A DNA stretch of 64,000 bases from Arcobacteraceae bacterium. GTDB lineage: Bacteria > Campylobacterota > Campylobacteria > Campylobacterales > Arcobacteraceae. The stretch is taken from positions 1,824,001-1,888,000 of the forward strand of contig OY759974.1 in NCBI GenBank assembly GCA_963662945.1. Direction: 5' to 3'. The translations under genes were made by a program, and so were the position numbers. The notes under the pieces are model-generated. The model had not been told where the DNA came from. It made no database searches and saw only the letters and a list, made by a program, of their open reading frames with translations. This document shows positions 22,221 through 31,901 of this stretch, piece after piece (the stretch's first letter is position 1; every line of letters begins with the position of its first letter).

Positions 22221-23549
22221 TTATTTCCTTAATCTTGATACAAAATCATTTTGTAGTATTTTATTTGGGTCTTCTTTATCTGCAAAACTCCAAAAATCAT
22301 CCCATTTTGGATAAGCTTTTTTAAAATCCTCTTGGGAAATTCTAAACTGTTTTCCCCAATGTGGTCTTCCATTGTATTTTAACAATATCTCATCAACAGT
22401 TGTAAAATATTTCAAATATTCTGGCTTCCTTCCATAAGGAAAATGTATTTTTGTTCCTATCCAACAACTATCTGTATCTCCTGTAGGACTTAGCCAATAA
22501 CTGTCTTTTTGTACAAATCGTACCTCTATTGGAGTATCGACATAAATATTTTTTTCTTTGATGGTTTCTATAACTTCACGAAAAACTTTAAAAGTATCTT
22601 TGATATCAAAAGCATACTCTACAACATCTTGTTTGAGTAAATGTGGTAAGAAAAATGCCCAATATGATTTCCATACAGAGATATTTTTTTGAGGTAATAG
22701 TATTTTTGCCATAAGTTTATTTATTTTTGGGATAAGTGTTCTTTTAAATGAGGCAAAAAAGAGTAAAAATTCATGCAAAAAGTTATTGATAAGTAATCCA
22801 TAGATGAAGTATGTATTAAATTTTTTTAATTTATTTGCTTCTTCTTTTGTAGTTCTATTCCCAAGCCATATCATAAAATCATCTGTATGTGGAATCCAAA
22901 TAAATTTAAAATGCTCATTATTTTTGAGCAGCTCATCAAAATTTTTTTCTATTTCTTCTAAACTCATCTTTTGTTCTGTTACTTCAAGATTAAAAGATGG
23001 CTCGCATTGTAAAGTGATTTTTGTTATGATTCCCAATACGCCTAAACCTACAGCATAGATATCAAACTCTTCATCACTATTATGAACTATTTTTTTCTCT
23101 CCAGTTGGAGTGATAAGTTCAAAAGTTTTCACAAAAGAGCTGAATATTTTGTAGTTTATTCCACTTCCATGGTATCCAGTACTACAGCTTCCTGCAACAC
23201 AATCAAAGATATTAGTTCCTAAGTTTGAAAGAGTAAGGTTATACGGTTTTAGTTGTTTGATTAAATCTGGCATCATCATACCAGCTTCAAATGTTGCTGT
23301 ATGATTTTCTCTATCTACCTCTAAAAGTTTTGAAAACTTTTCAAGACTTAATAAGATCCCATTTATATTTGGACAGTAGATGTCATTGTAACTATCTCCT
23401 CCACCTACAACTTTCAGTTTTGTTTGGTGTTCGTTACAATATTTTACTATGTGGATTACTTCAGCTTCATTGTTTGGATATAAAATTTCTTTGGCATCAC
23501 TTGAATATGTTTTTGCCCAGTTTTGTCGTATATTTCTATTTATTCTCAT
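22221..23549 (-). CDS. FAD-linked aldonolactone oxidoreductase (ALO/GULO family)
   Basis: NW start, FAD_binding_4 region, PIEVRF, GRPHWGK, DP..ILQN. Confidence 0.8.
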   Translation of the reverse strand: MRINRNIRQNWAKTYSSDAKEILYPNNEAEVIHIVKYCNEHQTKLKVVGGGDSYNDIYCPNINGILLSLEKFSKLLEVDRENHTATFEAGMMMPDLIKQLKPYNLTLSNLGTNIFDCVAGSCSTGYHGSGINYKIFSSFVKTFELITPTGEKKIVHNSDEEFDIYAVGLGVLGIITKITLQCEPSFNLEVTEQKMSLEEIEKNFDELLKNNEHFKFIWIPHTDDFMIWLGNRTTKEEANKLKKFNTYFIYGLLINNFLHEFLLFFASFKRTLIPKINKLMAKILLPQKNISVWKSYWAFFLPHLLKQDVVEYAFDIKDTFKVFREVIETIKEKNIYVDTPIEVRFVQKDSYWLSPTGDTDSCWIGTKIHFPYGRKPEYLKYFTTVDEILLKYNGRPHWGKQFRISQEDFKKAYPKWDDFWSFADKEDPNKILQNDFVSRLRK

Positions 23550-23635
23550 GGGTGTAAGTTTACAATTTTTTTAATAACATTGAAGTAAACTACTTTATTG
23601 TATAATCACACAAAATTTACTAAAGAAAGATTATC

Positions 23636-24544
23636 GTGTCAACACTCTTAGCTGTAATATCAATTTACCTTTTTATTTTTATAGGTTTTATTGCCAAAAA
23701 AGTATTTCAAGATGATATTCATGAAAAAACTTTGATTCTTATCTCTTTATATTTTTTACAACCTATGTTAACTTTTTGGGGACTTACAAGAACGCCGATA
23801 GATTTTAATTTAGTTCTCACACCGTTTTTATATTTTATAATTGTGACAATTGTTTTAGTGATATTGATATTTCTTGGAAAATATTTTTTTGATGAACAAA
23901 AGGATAGATCAATTTTTATAGCTACTTCCCTTATAGGAAATACTGGAAATTTAGGAATCCCACTTGGAATTGCACTTTTAGGGGAAAGTAGTGTTCCTTA
24001 TACAAGTATTATCAATATTGCAAATATCTTTTTTATATATACTGTAGGGATTTACTTTTTTGCTAAAAGTTCTTTTAGTTTTAAAGAATCACTTTTACAA
24101 ATGGTAAAAATACCTATTCTTTGGTTTGCTTTATTTGCATTATATTTTAACTATAGAGGTTTTTCTATACATCCTCAACTTGAGCTTATTTTACAAATGG
24201 CTGCTTATGCAACTATTGTTTTACAGCTTATTATTTTTGGAGTGTATTTGGCAAAAACAAAAATTGCTTCACATAATTATAAATTGAGTTTGAGTACAAG
24301 TTTTGTGAAGCTTATATTTTTACCACTTGTTGGTATGATAGTTGTTTTTATATCTCCATTGCCAAACGATATAGCTGCTATTTTGATAATCTCATTACTT
24401 GTGCCACTTGCAGTGAATAATGTAAATATAGCTGCACTGTATGATTGTAAACCTTATGATGTAACTGCCATAGTATTTTTAAGTACGGTGTTGTTTTTAG
24501 TTTTGATTTATTTTGATTTGAGGGTTATTGATTTTATTTTTTAG
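23636..24544 (+). CDS. AEC family transporter
   Basis: About 10 TMs; GNTGNLGIPL motif. Confidence 0.85.
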   Translation: MSTLLAVISIYLFIFIGFIAKKVFQDDIHEKTLILISLYFLQPMLTFWGLTRTPIDFNLVLTPFLYFIIVTIVLVILIFLGKYFFDEQKDRSIFIATSLIGNTGNLGIPLGIALLGESSVPYTSIINIANIFFIYTVGIYFFAKSSFSFKESLLQMVKIPILWFALFALYFNYRGFSIHPQLELILQMAAYATIVLQLIIFGVYLAKTKIASHNYKLSLSTSFVKLIFLPLVGMIVVFISPLPNDIAAILIISLLVPLAVNNVNIAALYDCKPYDVTAIVFLSTVLFLVLIYFDLRVIDFIF

Positions 24545-24561
24545 AAAAAAATTTAATTAAA

Positions 24562-24588
24562 GAGAAGAAGCTACTTAATAGCCTTCTC
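24562..24588. terminator. Hairpin between convergent AEC transporter and PII genes
   Basis: GAGAAG AA GCTA CTTAA TAGC CTTCTC. Confidence 0.45.
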
Positions 24589-24614
24589 ATCAGCAACATA
24601 GATACATCTAGTAT

Positions 24615-24971
<357 letters not shown>

Positions 24972-24980
24972 TTAATTTAA

Positions 24981-26168
24981 TTAAAAAGCTCGTTTAAATT
25001 CTGGGTAAGCTTCAACCCCACATTCATTAACATCAAGACCTTCAAGTTCTTCATCATGTGTTACTTTTAAAGGTATGATTTTATTTATAATGAATAATAC
25101 TATATAACTACTTATAAAAGCAAAAACTGCAATTGTAATTACACCTTTGAGCTGTCCAAAAAATGTAATACCTTCACTAGGATTACTAGCAAATATACCA
25201 ACAGCTAAAGTCCCCCAAATACCATTTACAAGATGCACAGAAAGTGCTCCAACTGGATCATCAAGTCTTAATTTATCAAAAAATGGAACAGCTGCTACAA
25301 CTAAAGCACCACCAATTCCACCTATTAAAATTGGTTGATAGATATTGTATAAATCAGGCCCAGCAGTAATTGCTACTAAACCACCTAAAGCACCATTTAA
25401 AACCATTGTAATATCTAGTTTTTTATAGATAAAGTACATGATAAGTCCTGAGATAATTGCACCTGAAAGACCTGCTGTGTTTGTATTTAAAATAGTAAGA
25501 GCAACAGCATTTGCACTCTCTTTTGATGCAATACTTCCTACGCTTCCGCCATTAAATCCAAACCAACCAATCCATAATAAAAATGCTCCAAGTGTTACAA
25601 GTGGGATATTTGATGCTGGAATTACTCTAACTCCACCATCTTTTGGATATCTTCCATGTCTTGCACCCATTATCATTATAGCTGCTAATAATGCCCAACC
25701 ACCAGTAGAATGAATAACTGTACTTCCAGCTAAGTCATACATAGTTAAGTCAAATAGAGTTCCCTCAAGCATATCAGAACCCCAAGACCAATTTACAACT
25801 AACGGATAAATTACCGAAGACATAACAATAGCAAAAATACCTAGAGGAATCACTTTTGCTCTTTCACTTACTCCTCCACTGATAATATTAATAACCTTAC
25901 CAACAAAAGCCATTTGAAATAAAAATGCTGCCCAAGCACTCATACTATCACTGCCAAAATTACCAAAAGCTATAGAATAGCCAACAAGTAAAAAAGCCAT
26001 AGATGCTACAGCATAAATCATTGTATTCATCATTAAAACTGATGTAACATTTTTAGTTCTTACAATTCCTGCTTCAAGCATAGCAAAGCCAGGAACCATA
26101 AAAATTATTAATACAAAAGCAAATAATGCAAAAAATGTATCAATAACATAAGATATTTCAGGTGTCAT
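24981..26168 (-). CDS. amtB: Ammonium transporter
   Basis: DLAGSTVIHSTGG, WIGWFGFNGGS, DDPVGALSVH. Confidence 0.95.
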   Translation of the reverse strand: MTPEISYVIDTFFALFAFVLIIFMVPGFAMLEAGIVRTKNVTSVLMMNTMIYAVASMAFLLVGYSIAFGNFGSDSMSAWAAFLFQMAFVGKVINIISGGVSERAKVIPLGIFAIVMSSVIYPLVVNWSWGSDMLEGTLFDLTMYDLAGSTVIHSTGGWALLAAIMIMGARHGRYPKDGGVRVIPASNIPLVTLGAFLLWIGWFGFNGGSVGSIASKESANAVALTILNTNTAGLSGAIISGLIMYFIYKKLDITMVLNGALGGLVAITAGPDLYNIYQPILIGGIGGALVVAAVPFFDKLRLDDPVGALSVHLVNGIWGTLAVGIFASNPSEGITFFGQLKGVITIAVFAFISSYIVLFIINKIIPLKVTHDEELEGLDVNECGVEAYPEFKRAF

Positions 26169-26177
26169 TTAAAATCC

Positions 26178-26249
26178 TTAGAAAAAATTATACAATTATA
26201 GCAAGAATAATTTTTTCTAAAAGAGCATAATTGTATAATTAATGTACAA
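26178..26249 (-). promoter_or_regulatory. amtB sigma70 promoter with NtrC/Fis-like palindrome
   Basis: Extended -10 TGCTATAAT (plus strand 26195-26203); TTGTAT-N7-GTACAA at 26231-26249; further inverted repeats. Confidence 0.55.
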
Positions 26250-26948
26250 CTATAATATCATAGGAAGTTCTAGTTTGATTGAGTTATGGTCAAAAAATAT
26301 ATTTGCATTAGATTTAATTGCTTTATTTTCAAGGTTTTTTTCAATACTTTTATCAAAAGAAAGATTTTCATTTGAAATAAACTCTAAAGCAACAATTTTA
26401 CATTTTTTTTGATTGATTATTTCATATTCTCCAGTTTTAATGTAAACTTGAAGTGAAATATGTTTTTTATCTTTAAAAATTGAAAAACATTCATTTAAGC
26501 ACAATAAAAAGTCATTAATATTAATTTTGACTTCAGGAATAGAGATATCGTATAACTCATTAATTTCTAATTTTGAATGAAGTAGAGTACTGTTTTTTGA
26601 TAAATCTATAAGACTGAAGATATTTACAAGTTTTAGTTTTTCATCTTTAATTGTATGAGTGCTATTTGATACTACTTTATAGAGTCTAAGAGCAATCTCA
26701 TCATCATTTGCATAACCTACAAGTATTGCATAGTATGATTGTTTATTGTATTTTAAAGATACATATTTATGATTAAAACCAAAATTTAAACTAGCATTTG
26801 AAACTGCAAGTTGAAAAAGTTCTTTAATACTAACAAAGTTTAGTAAAAATTCTGCCTCTTTGTTATAGCTTTTTACTTTCCCACTTGAATCAAATAAAAG
26901 ATATGGATTAAGATCATTTTCTATTAGTTGTTCATAAAAATCTTTCAT
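26250..26948 (-). CDS. Degenerate NtrB-like protein (PAS + eroded HATPase, no HisKA)
   Basis: PAS-like N-terminus; YDISIPEV resembles NtrB YDPSLPEL; no H-box or G-boxes. Confidence 0.55.
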   Translation of the reverse strand: MKDFYEQLIENDLNPYLLFDSSGKVKSYNKEAEFLLNFVSIKELFQLAVSNASLNFGFNHKYVSLKYNKQSYYAILVGYANDDEIALRLYKVVSNSTHTIKDEKLKLVNIFSLIDLSKNSTLLHSKLEINELYDISIPEVKININDFLLCLNECFSIFKDKKHISLQVYIKTGEYEIINQKKCKIVALEFISNENLSFDKSIEKNLENKAIKSNANIFFDHNSIKLELPMIL

Positions 26949-26956
26949 TTTAGCTC

Positions 26957-27715
26957 CTAGTTTTCTAACTCAGCAGAGTATTGGTCTATTTTTTTTCGCA
27001 AAGTAATTCTATTGATTTGTAGTTTATTAGCCATTTGTAATTGAGATTTATACTCTTTTTTTGCTGCTTTTAATAAAGGAATTTCAAAATATTCCAATAA
27101 ATCTTTGTAGTTGTATTCTTTTTTTAATTTGTTCAATATAAATTGTTCTAAACTATAACTCATATCTTCATCTTTTAAAGATTTTAATATTGAATTTTTA
27201 AATATAGATTTTTTCAAAGAAACACCATTTGTTGATAAATCTATATCTATATCTTTTGATTCAATATCTATTTCATAAATCTCTTTTGCCTCTTTAAGAT
27301 ATATTTTAATTAATTCTTCTAAATCCTCTTTTCTCTCTGCTAGTGGTGGAATATCTAATTTTACTGCAAATGAAGCTTCAATATCTTGAGGTAAATATGT
27401 TGAAGTTGCTACAACTTTAATATGAATAAGTCTTTCTAAAAATTCTTTTTTATTAACAACTTGTTCTATATTTGTAATAATTATTTCTACATATTCTTCA
27501 ATATTTGCTGTTTTATTTATAAGAGTTTCTTCTAATGTTCTTGCATCAAAAATTGATGCATCTGGTAAAATATTTTGTGCTAATATTTTTTTTCCAACAC
27601 CTTTAGGTCCTATAATCAAAATATTAACAGGTAAACTTGAAGAGATTTGTGCTATATTTAAAAGTTTTTTTGATGATTCAGATTTTGCTATAAATTTATT
27701 CATATTACTAATCAC
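26957..27715 (-). CDS. Degenerate NtrC-like Fis-family regulator (eroded AAA+, HTH; no receiver, no GAFTGA)
   Basis: ILIIGPKGVGK, IPPLAERKEDL, LQINRITLRKKI. Confidence 0.7.
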   Translation of the reverse strand: MISNMNKFIAKSESSKKLLNIAQISSSLPVNILIIGPKGVGKKILAQNILPDASIFDARTLEETLINKTANIEEYVEIIITNIEQVVNKKEFLERLIHIKVVATSTYLPQDIEASFAVKLDIPPLAERKEDLEELIKIYLKEAKEIYEIDIESKDIDIDLSTNGVSLKKSIFKNSILKSLKDEDMSYSLEQFILNKLKKEYNYKDLLEYFEIPLLKAAKKEYKSQLQMANKLQINRITLRKKIDQYSAELEN

Positions 27716-28757
27716 ACTTATTTAATTTATCTTGTACATATTTTTTAACATCACTGTACAAAGAACTTTCTTTAAAGTCATCAAATGCTGCTCCACTAGC
27801 ATTAGGATGTCCTCCACCATTAGCAAGTTTTTGAGCAAGAACTGATACATCTATTTTATTGTCTGCTCGAAATCCAGCCCGCCCCCGTCTTCCAATATCC
27901 ATAAAAAAGTCATAATCAGGATTTGCTTTTAAAAATGCGTTAGCAGAAATTGATATATTCCCTAAGCTATAGGTTAAAAGGCCCTTGAAGTTTTTATAAT
28001 AAACAGTAAGTTCTTCTTTTTTACTGTCTAAAGAATCTACAAGATATGAAGAACTTAAATTATCAAGTGTATTATTTATACCACTATTATTTAAAAATTC
28101 TTTTTTAAAGTGGTATATTTTTTCATCAAGTAAAATATATCCATCTTCCATAGTGATGTAATCTAAAGCTTTTGTTAATAAAAAGTGTTTGTAGTCTCTA
28201 TGTTGTGTTGGGAACAAAAGATTGTTTATCTCAAATGATTTAGTAATCATACTCATACAAACTTTCCCAAACTCAAAAAGTTCATCTTTGTCTTTCCAAA
28301 TATCTGCAGCGTTTATTGCTTGAACTAATTTAGAAAAATGAGGTTCACATTTCTCTTCAAATTTTTCATAATTTGTACAGAAATAATCATAGGTAATAAG
28401 TGTTGCAGATCTTGAAGTGTCTAAAAAATACCACTCATATTTCTCACTACTTTTTTTCCCAGTGATATGATGATCTAGAAGTTGTAAAGTGATTTTATAA
28501 CCATCATTGATAAGATTAGAGATTTTTTTATCTAAGTTTTTTGATTCATCTGTTGTGAGGTTTAAATCGGTAATCAAAAAAAGAATCTCTTCATCTTTTG
28601 AAATTTGCTGTATATTTTCTAATACTTCATTTATAAATAGTTTTACTTCCAGACCATAATTAGCATTTAAAAAAGTACCTTCTGGAAAAATTTTTCTTGA
28701 TATAAGTTGGCAACCATAGCCATCCATATCTGTATGTGAGATGTGAAAAAACTTCAT
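27708..28757 (-). CDS. DHH/DHHA1 family phosphoesterase
   Basis: HTDMDG, ITDL, LLDHH, GGGHPNASG. Confidence 0.88.
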   Translation of the reverse strand: MKFFHISHTDMDGYGCQLISRKIFPEGTFLNANYGLEVKLFINEVLENIQQISKDEEILFLITDLNLTTDESKNLDKKISNLINDGYKITLQLLDHHITGKKSSEKYEWYFLDTSRSATLITYDYFCTNYEKFEEKCEPHFSKLVQAINAADIWKDKDELFEFGKVCMSMITKSFEINNLLFPTQHRDYKHFLLTKALDYITMEDGYILLDEKIYHFKKEFLNNSGINNTLDNLSSSYLVDSLDSKKEELTVYYKNFKGLLTYSLGNISISANAFLKANPDYDFFMDIGRRGRAGFRADNKIDVSVLAQKLANGGGHPNASGAAFDDFKESSLYSDVKKYVQDKLNKCD

Positions 28758-28828
28758 TTTTAAAAAACCTTGTAATATTTTGTATAGTTATTATACACTA
28801 AAAGTAATTATAACTCTCTTTTTTTTGA

Positions 28829-29227
28829 TTATAAAATATCTTTTAATGTTAAATTATCTAAAAATCCATTGATTTTATTTTGTAAATTTGCAAGTAGTGG
28901 AAAAACTGTACAACCTCCATTTACACTTGCACTACAAGTACTATTATCGCTAGTACATTCAAATACTGAAGGAAGTTTTTCTTCGGCAATAGTAGTTATT
29001 TCTAAAATAGTAAGTTCTTCACAAGATTTTTTTAAAGTAAATCCTCCATTATTCCCTTTATATGAATTAAGTATTCCATTTTTTGCTAGATTTTGCAAAA
29101 TTTTAGCTAGAAAAGATTTTGATATATTAAGTTCTGTTGCTAATATATCCACATTTTTAGGTTGATCACTTTTTGCAATACTTACTAATGATAATAAAGC
29201 ATATTCACTTTTTTTTGTTAATAACAT
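28829..29227 (-). CDS. Rrf2 family transcriptional regulator with three Cys
   Basis: SEYAL, ISKSFLAKIL, KGNNGGF, C-x6-C-x7-C. Confidence 0.9.
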   Translation of the reverse strand: MLLTKKSEYALLSLVSIAKSDQPKNVDILATELNISKSFLAKILQNLAKNGILNSYKGNNGGFTLKKSCEELTILEITTIAEEKLPSVFECTSDNSTCSASVNGGCTVFPLLANLQNKINGFLDNLTLKDIL

Positions 29228-29327
29228 ATTATTCCTACTATTTTAAAGATTAGAGGATTGTACTAAAATTCTTGTAATGTTTTAATTAAGACAATTTTTG
29301 TTTTATTTGGATTAAAGTTAATTTAAG

Positions 29328-29362
29328 AAAAAAGGGGAGATAGCAAAAGCTACCTCCCCTTT
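29328..29362 (-). terminator. Intrinsic terminator of rpsO
   Basis: Minus strand GGGGAGGTAGC TTTT GCTATCTCCCC TTTTTT. Confidence 0.8.
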
Positions 29363-29384
29363 ATAAAAATAGTTTTAGTTAAAA

Positions 29385-29657
29385 CTATTTTGCTCTGATT
29401 CCTAAATCAGCAACTAGTTGTGTAAATTTAGCGAAATCTGTTCTTCTTAAGTATTTAAGAAGTCTTTTTCTTTTTCCAACCATTTTTAATAGACCTAATC
29501 TTGAATGATGATCTTTGTGATTTTCTTTTAAATGATCTGTTAATCTAGCTATTTGTGCACTTAATACTGCTATTTGTACTTCTGCTGAACCTGTGTCTTT
29601 TCCATCTCTTTGGTATTTAGAGATAATCTCTTGTTTTACGTCCTGATCTAAAGCCAT
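29385..29657 (-). CDS. rpsO: 30S ribosomal protein S15
   Basis: [25 protein letters not shown]; start moved to ATG 29657 after AGGAGG. Confidence 0.97.
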   Translation of the reverse strand: MALDQDVKQEIISKYQRDGKDTGSAEVQIAVLSAQIARLTDHLKENHKDHHSRLGLLKMVGKRKRLLKYLRRTDFAKFTQLVADLGIRAK

Positions 29658-29770
29658 AATGGACCTCCTGATTGGTATATTTAATCTCAAATGTAATCAA
29701 CACTACAAATGGAAAGCGAATAATACTAAAATAAACTTATATTTTAACTTAAATAGATAAAAATTACAAA

Positions 29771-29977
29771 TTATCCACCACCACATAATCCCTTATAGTT
29801 TGTATTTTTGATTTTTTCAAGATAAACAAGAGTATGCTCAAGAACTTTTTTTTCTTCAACTAATGGTTGCATTAAAGCATTTTTATCTGTTAAATTTATT
29901 TTTTGATTATCCACTAGTGCTAAAACTTCATTTTTTATTTCATCAATTCTATTATTTAGAATAGTTATCATTTTCAT
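29771..29977 (-). CDS. Small hypothetical protein ending in CGGG
   Basis: AAGGA RBS; helical 68 aa ORF. Confidence 0.6.
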   Translation of the reverse strand: MKMITILNNRIDEIKNEVLALVDNQKINLTDKNALMQPLVEEKKVLEHTLVYLEKIKNTNYKGLCGGG

Positions 29978-30024
29978 ATTTTAATCCTTATTTGGTATAA
30001 TAACTACAATAAATTAAAATTTGG

Positions 30025-30804
30025 ATGAAAATGGAATTTGATCAAAATATATTTTTCGATGAGTTTAATAATAAAATTATAAGCTTAGAGAATGCTCTTG
30101 TTGATCTTAAAAACGGAGATTATAGTACAGAAGTTATTAATGAAATATTTCGAGATATTCATACTATAAAAAGTACCTCTGATTTATTAGGTATGTTTTC
30201 TTTAGTTGGAGTTACCCATAAAGCAGAAGATGTACTAGATGCAATAAGAAATAAAAAAATAACTATGAATGATACTATATGTTCATTATTTATTGAATTT
30301 AAAGATTATATTTCCCTATCTATTAAAAATGTTTCAATGGGTATTTTTGATGATGAATTGGTGGAAAGTTTAACAATCTATTTTGAAAAAGAATTTGATT
30401 TTTATCTTCATCAAGCTTCTGATGAAAATACAAAAGAGATAGAGAAAAAAACGATTCTAATAGTGGAAGATTCTACAATTATGAGATATATGATAAAAAA
30501 ACTGGCACTTGATAATGGATATAATATTTTTATTGCAGATAATGGTGCTGATGGATATAAAAAAATAGAAAATCATGATATAGATTTAATTATTTGTGAT
30601 TTAACTACGCCAAATATTGGTACAAAAGAGATGATTACAAAAATAAAACAAAACATACGATATGATCAAATACCAATTATTATGCTTGTTAATTATATAA
30701 GTAATGATCTAATCGAATATGGTAAACATATTGGTGCAAGAGCTTGGCTTAGTAAACCAATAGATAATAATAAACTTTTAATGATGCTAAATAAAATACT
30801 TTAG
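30025..30804 (+). CDS. Hpt (CheA P1-like) + receiver domain protein
   Basis: IFRDIHTIKS..HKAED; ILIVEDS, DLIICD, WLSKP. Confidence 0.85.
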   Translation: MKMEFDQNIFFDEFNNKIISLENALVDLKNGDYSTEVINEIFRDIHTIKSTSDLLGMFSLVGVTHKAEDVLDAIRNKKITMNDTICSLFIEFKDYISLSIKNVSMGIFDDELVESLTIYFEKEFDFYLHQASDENTKEIEKKTILIVEDSTIMRYMIKKLALDNGYNIFIADNGADGYKKIENHDIDLIICDLTTPNIGTKEMITKIKQNIRYDQIPIIMLVNYISNDLIEYGKHIGARAWLSKPIDNNKLLMMLNKIL

Positions 30805-30890
30805 TAAATATTCTACAAATCTCATCAAAGAAGTTCTATGGTATAATTCCAAAAATTTATTAAACTGAGTAACTAAAAATAGGATTTAAA

Positions 30891-31340
30891 ATGAAAGTAT
30901 TATTAATAAAAGATGTAAAGTCTTTAGGAAAAGCAGGAGAAGTTAAAGAGGTAAAAGATGGTTACGGAAAAAACTTTTTAATAGGAAAAGGTTTTGCTAA
31001 ACACGCTACACCAGAAGTTTTAGAAGAGTGGGCACAAGAACAAGCAAACTTAGAAGCAGTATTAGAAGCTGAAATTGCAGAAGCTAAAGAGATTAAAGAA
31101 AAAATTGATAGTTTTCAATTTACAATCAAACATAAAGTTGGAGCGAATGGACATTTAATAGGAAGTGTTACGAGTAAAGAAGTTCAACAAGTAATGTATG
31201 AACAAGCAAATATTGCTATTGATAAAAAACAAATAACAATTACAGATAAAATAAAATCTATAGGTATATTTGAAGCTGATTGTAAACTAGGAAATGGAAT
31301 TCATGCAATTGCTAAAATAGATGTAATTGCTGAGATTTAA
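30891..31340 (+). CDS. rplI: 50S ribosomal protein L9
   Basis: MKVLLIKDVKSLGKAGEVKEVKDGYGKNFL. Confidence 0.97.
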   Translation: MKVLLIKDVKSLGKAGEVKEVKDGYGKNFLIGKGFAKHATPEVLEEWAQEQANLEAVLEAEIAEAKEIKEKIDSFQFTIKHKVGANGHLIGSVTSKEVQQVMYEQANIAIDKKQITITDKIKSIGIFEADCKLGNGIHAIAKIDVIAEI

Positions 31341-31352
31341 GGAGTCTGATTT

Positions 31353-31901
31353 ATGTTTGAAGCAACTACAATACTTGCATACAAAAGTGAAGATGGAACA
31401 GCAGTAATTGGTGGAGATGGTCAAGTTACATTTGGTGATACTGTTTTAAAAAATAATGCTACAAAAATAAGAACACTTTATAATGGGAAAGTATTAGCAG
31501 GATTTGCAGGAAGTACTGCAGATGCTTTTAATCTTTTTGATATGTTTGAAGCACATTTAGAAAATACAAAAGGTGATTTATTAAAATCAGTTGTGAATTT
31601 TTCTAAAGAGTGGCGAAAAGATAAAACACTAAGACGACTTGAAGCTATGATGTTGGTTTTAAATGAAAATCATATTTTTATATTAAGTGGTACTGGGGAT
31701 GTTGTTGAACCAGAAGATGGCTGTTTAGCATCTATTGGAAGTGGTGGAAACTATGCAATAGCAGCAGCAAGAGCTCTAAAAAAACATTCAAATTTAGAAC
31801 CATTAGAACTTGTACGAGAGTCTTTAATGACAGCTGGAGAACTTTGTATTTATACAAATCAGAATATAAAAACATTAACATTGGATAAGGAAGAAAAATA
31901 A
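31353..31901 (+). CDS. hslV: ATP-dependent protease subunit HslV
   Basis: [24 protein letters not shown]. Confidence 0.97.
   Translation: MFEATTILAYKSEDGTAVIGGDGQVTFGDTVLKNNATKIRTLYNGKVLAGFAGSTADAFNLFDMFEAHLENTKGDLLKSVVNFSKEWRKDKTLRRLEAMMLVLNENHIFILSGTGDVVEPEDGCLASIGSGGNYAIAAARALKKHSNLEPLELVRESLMTAGELCIYTNQNIKTLTLDKEEK

Noticed and set aside
29658-29690. N-terminal extension of S15 in the ORF track
   Set aside because: The AGGAGG RBS and S15 homology support ATG 29657.
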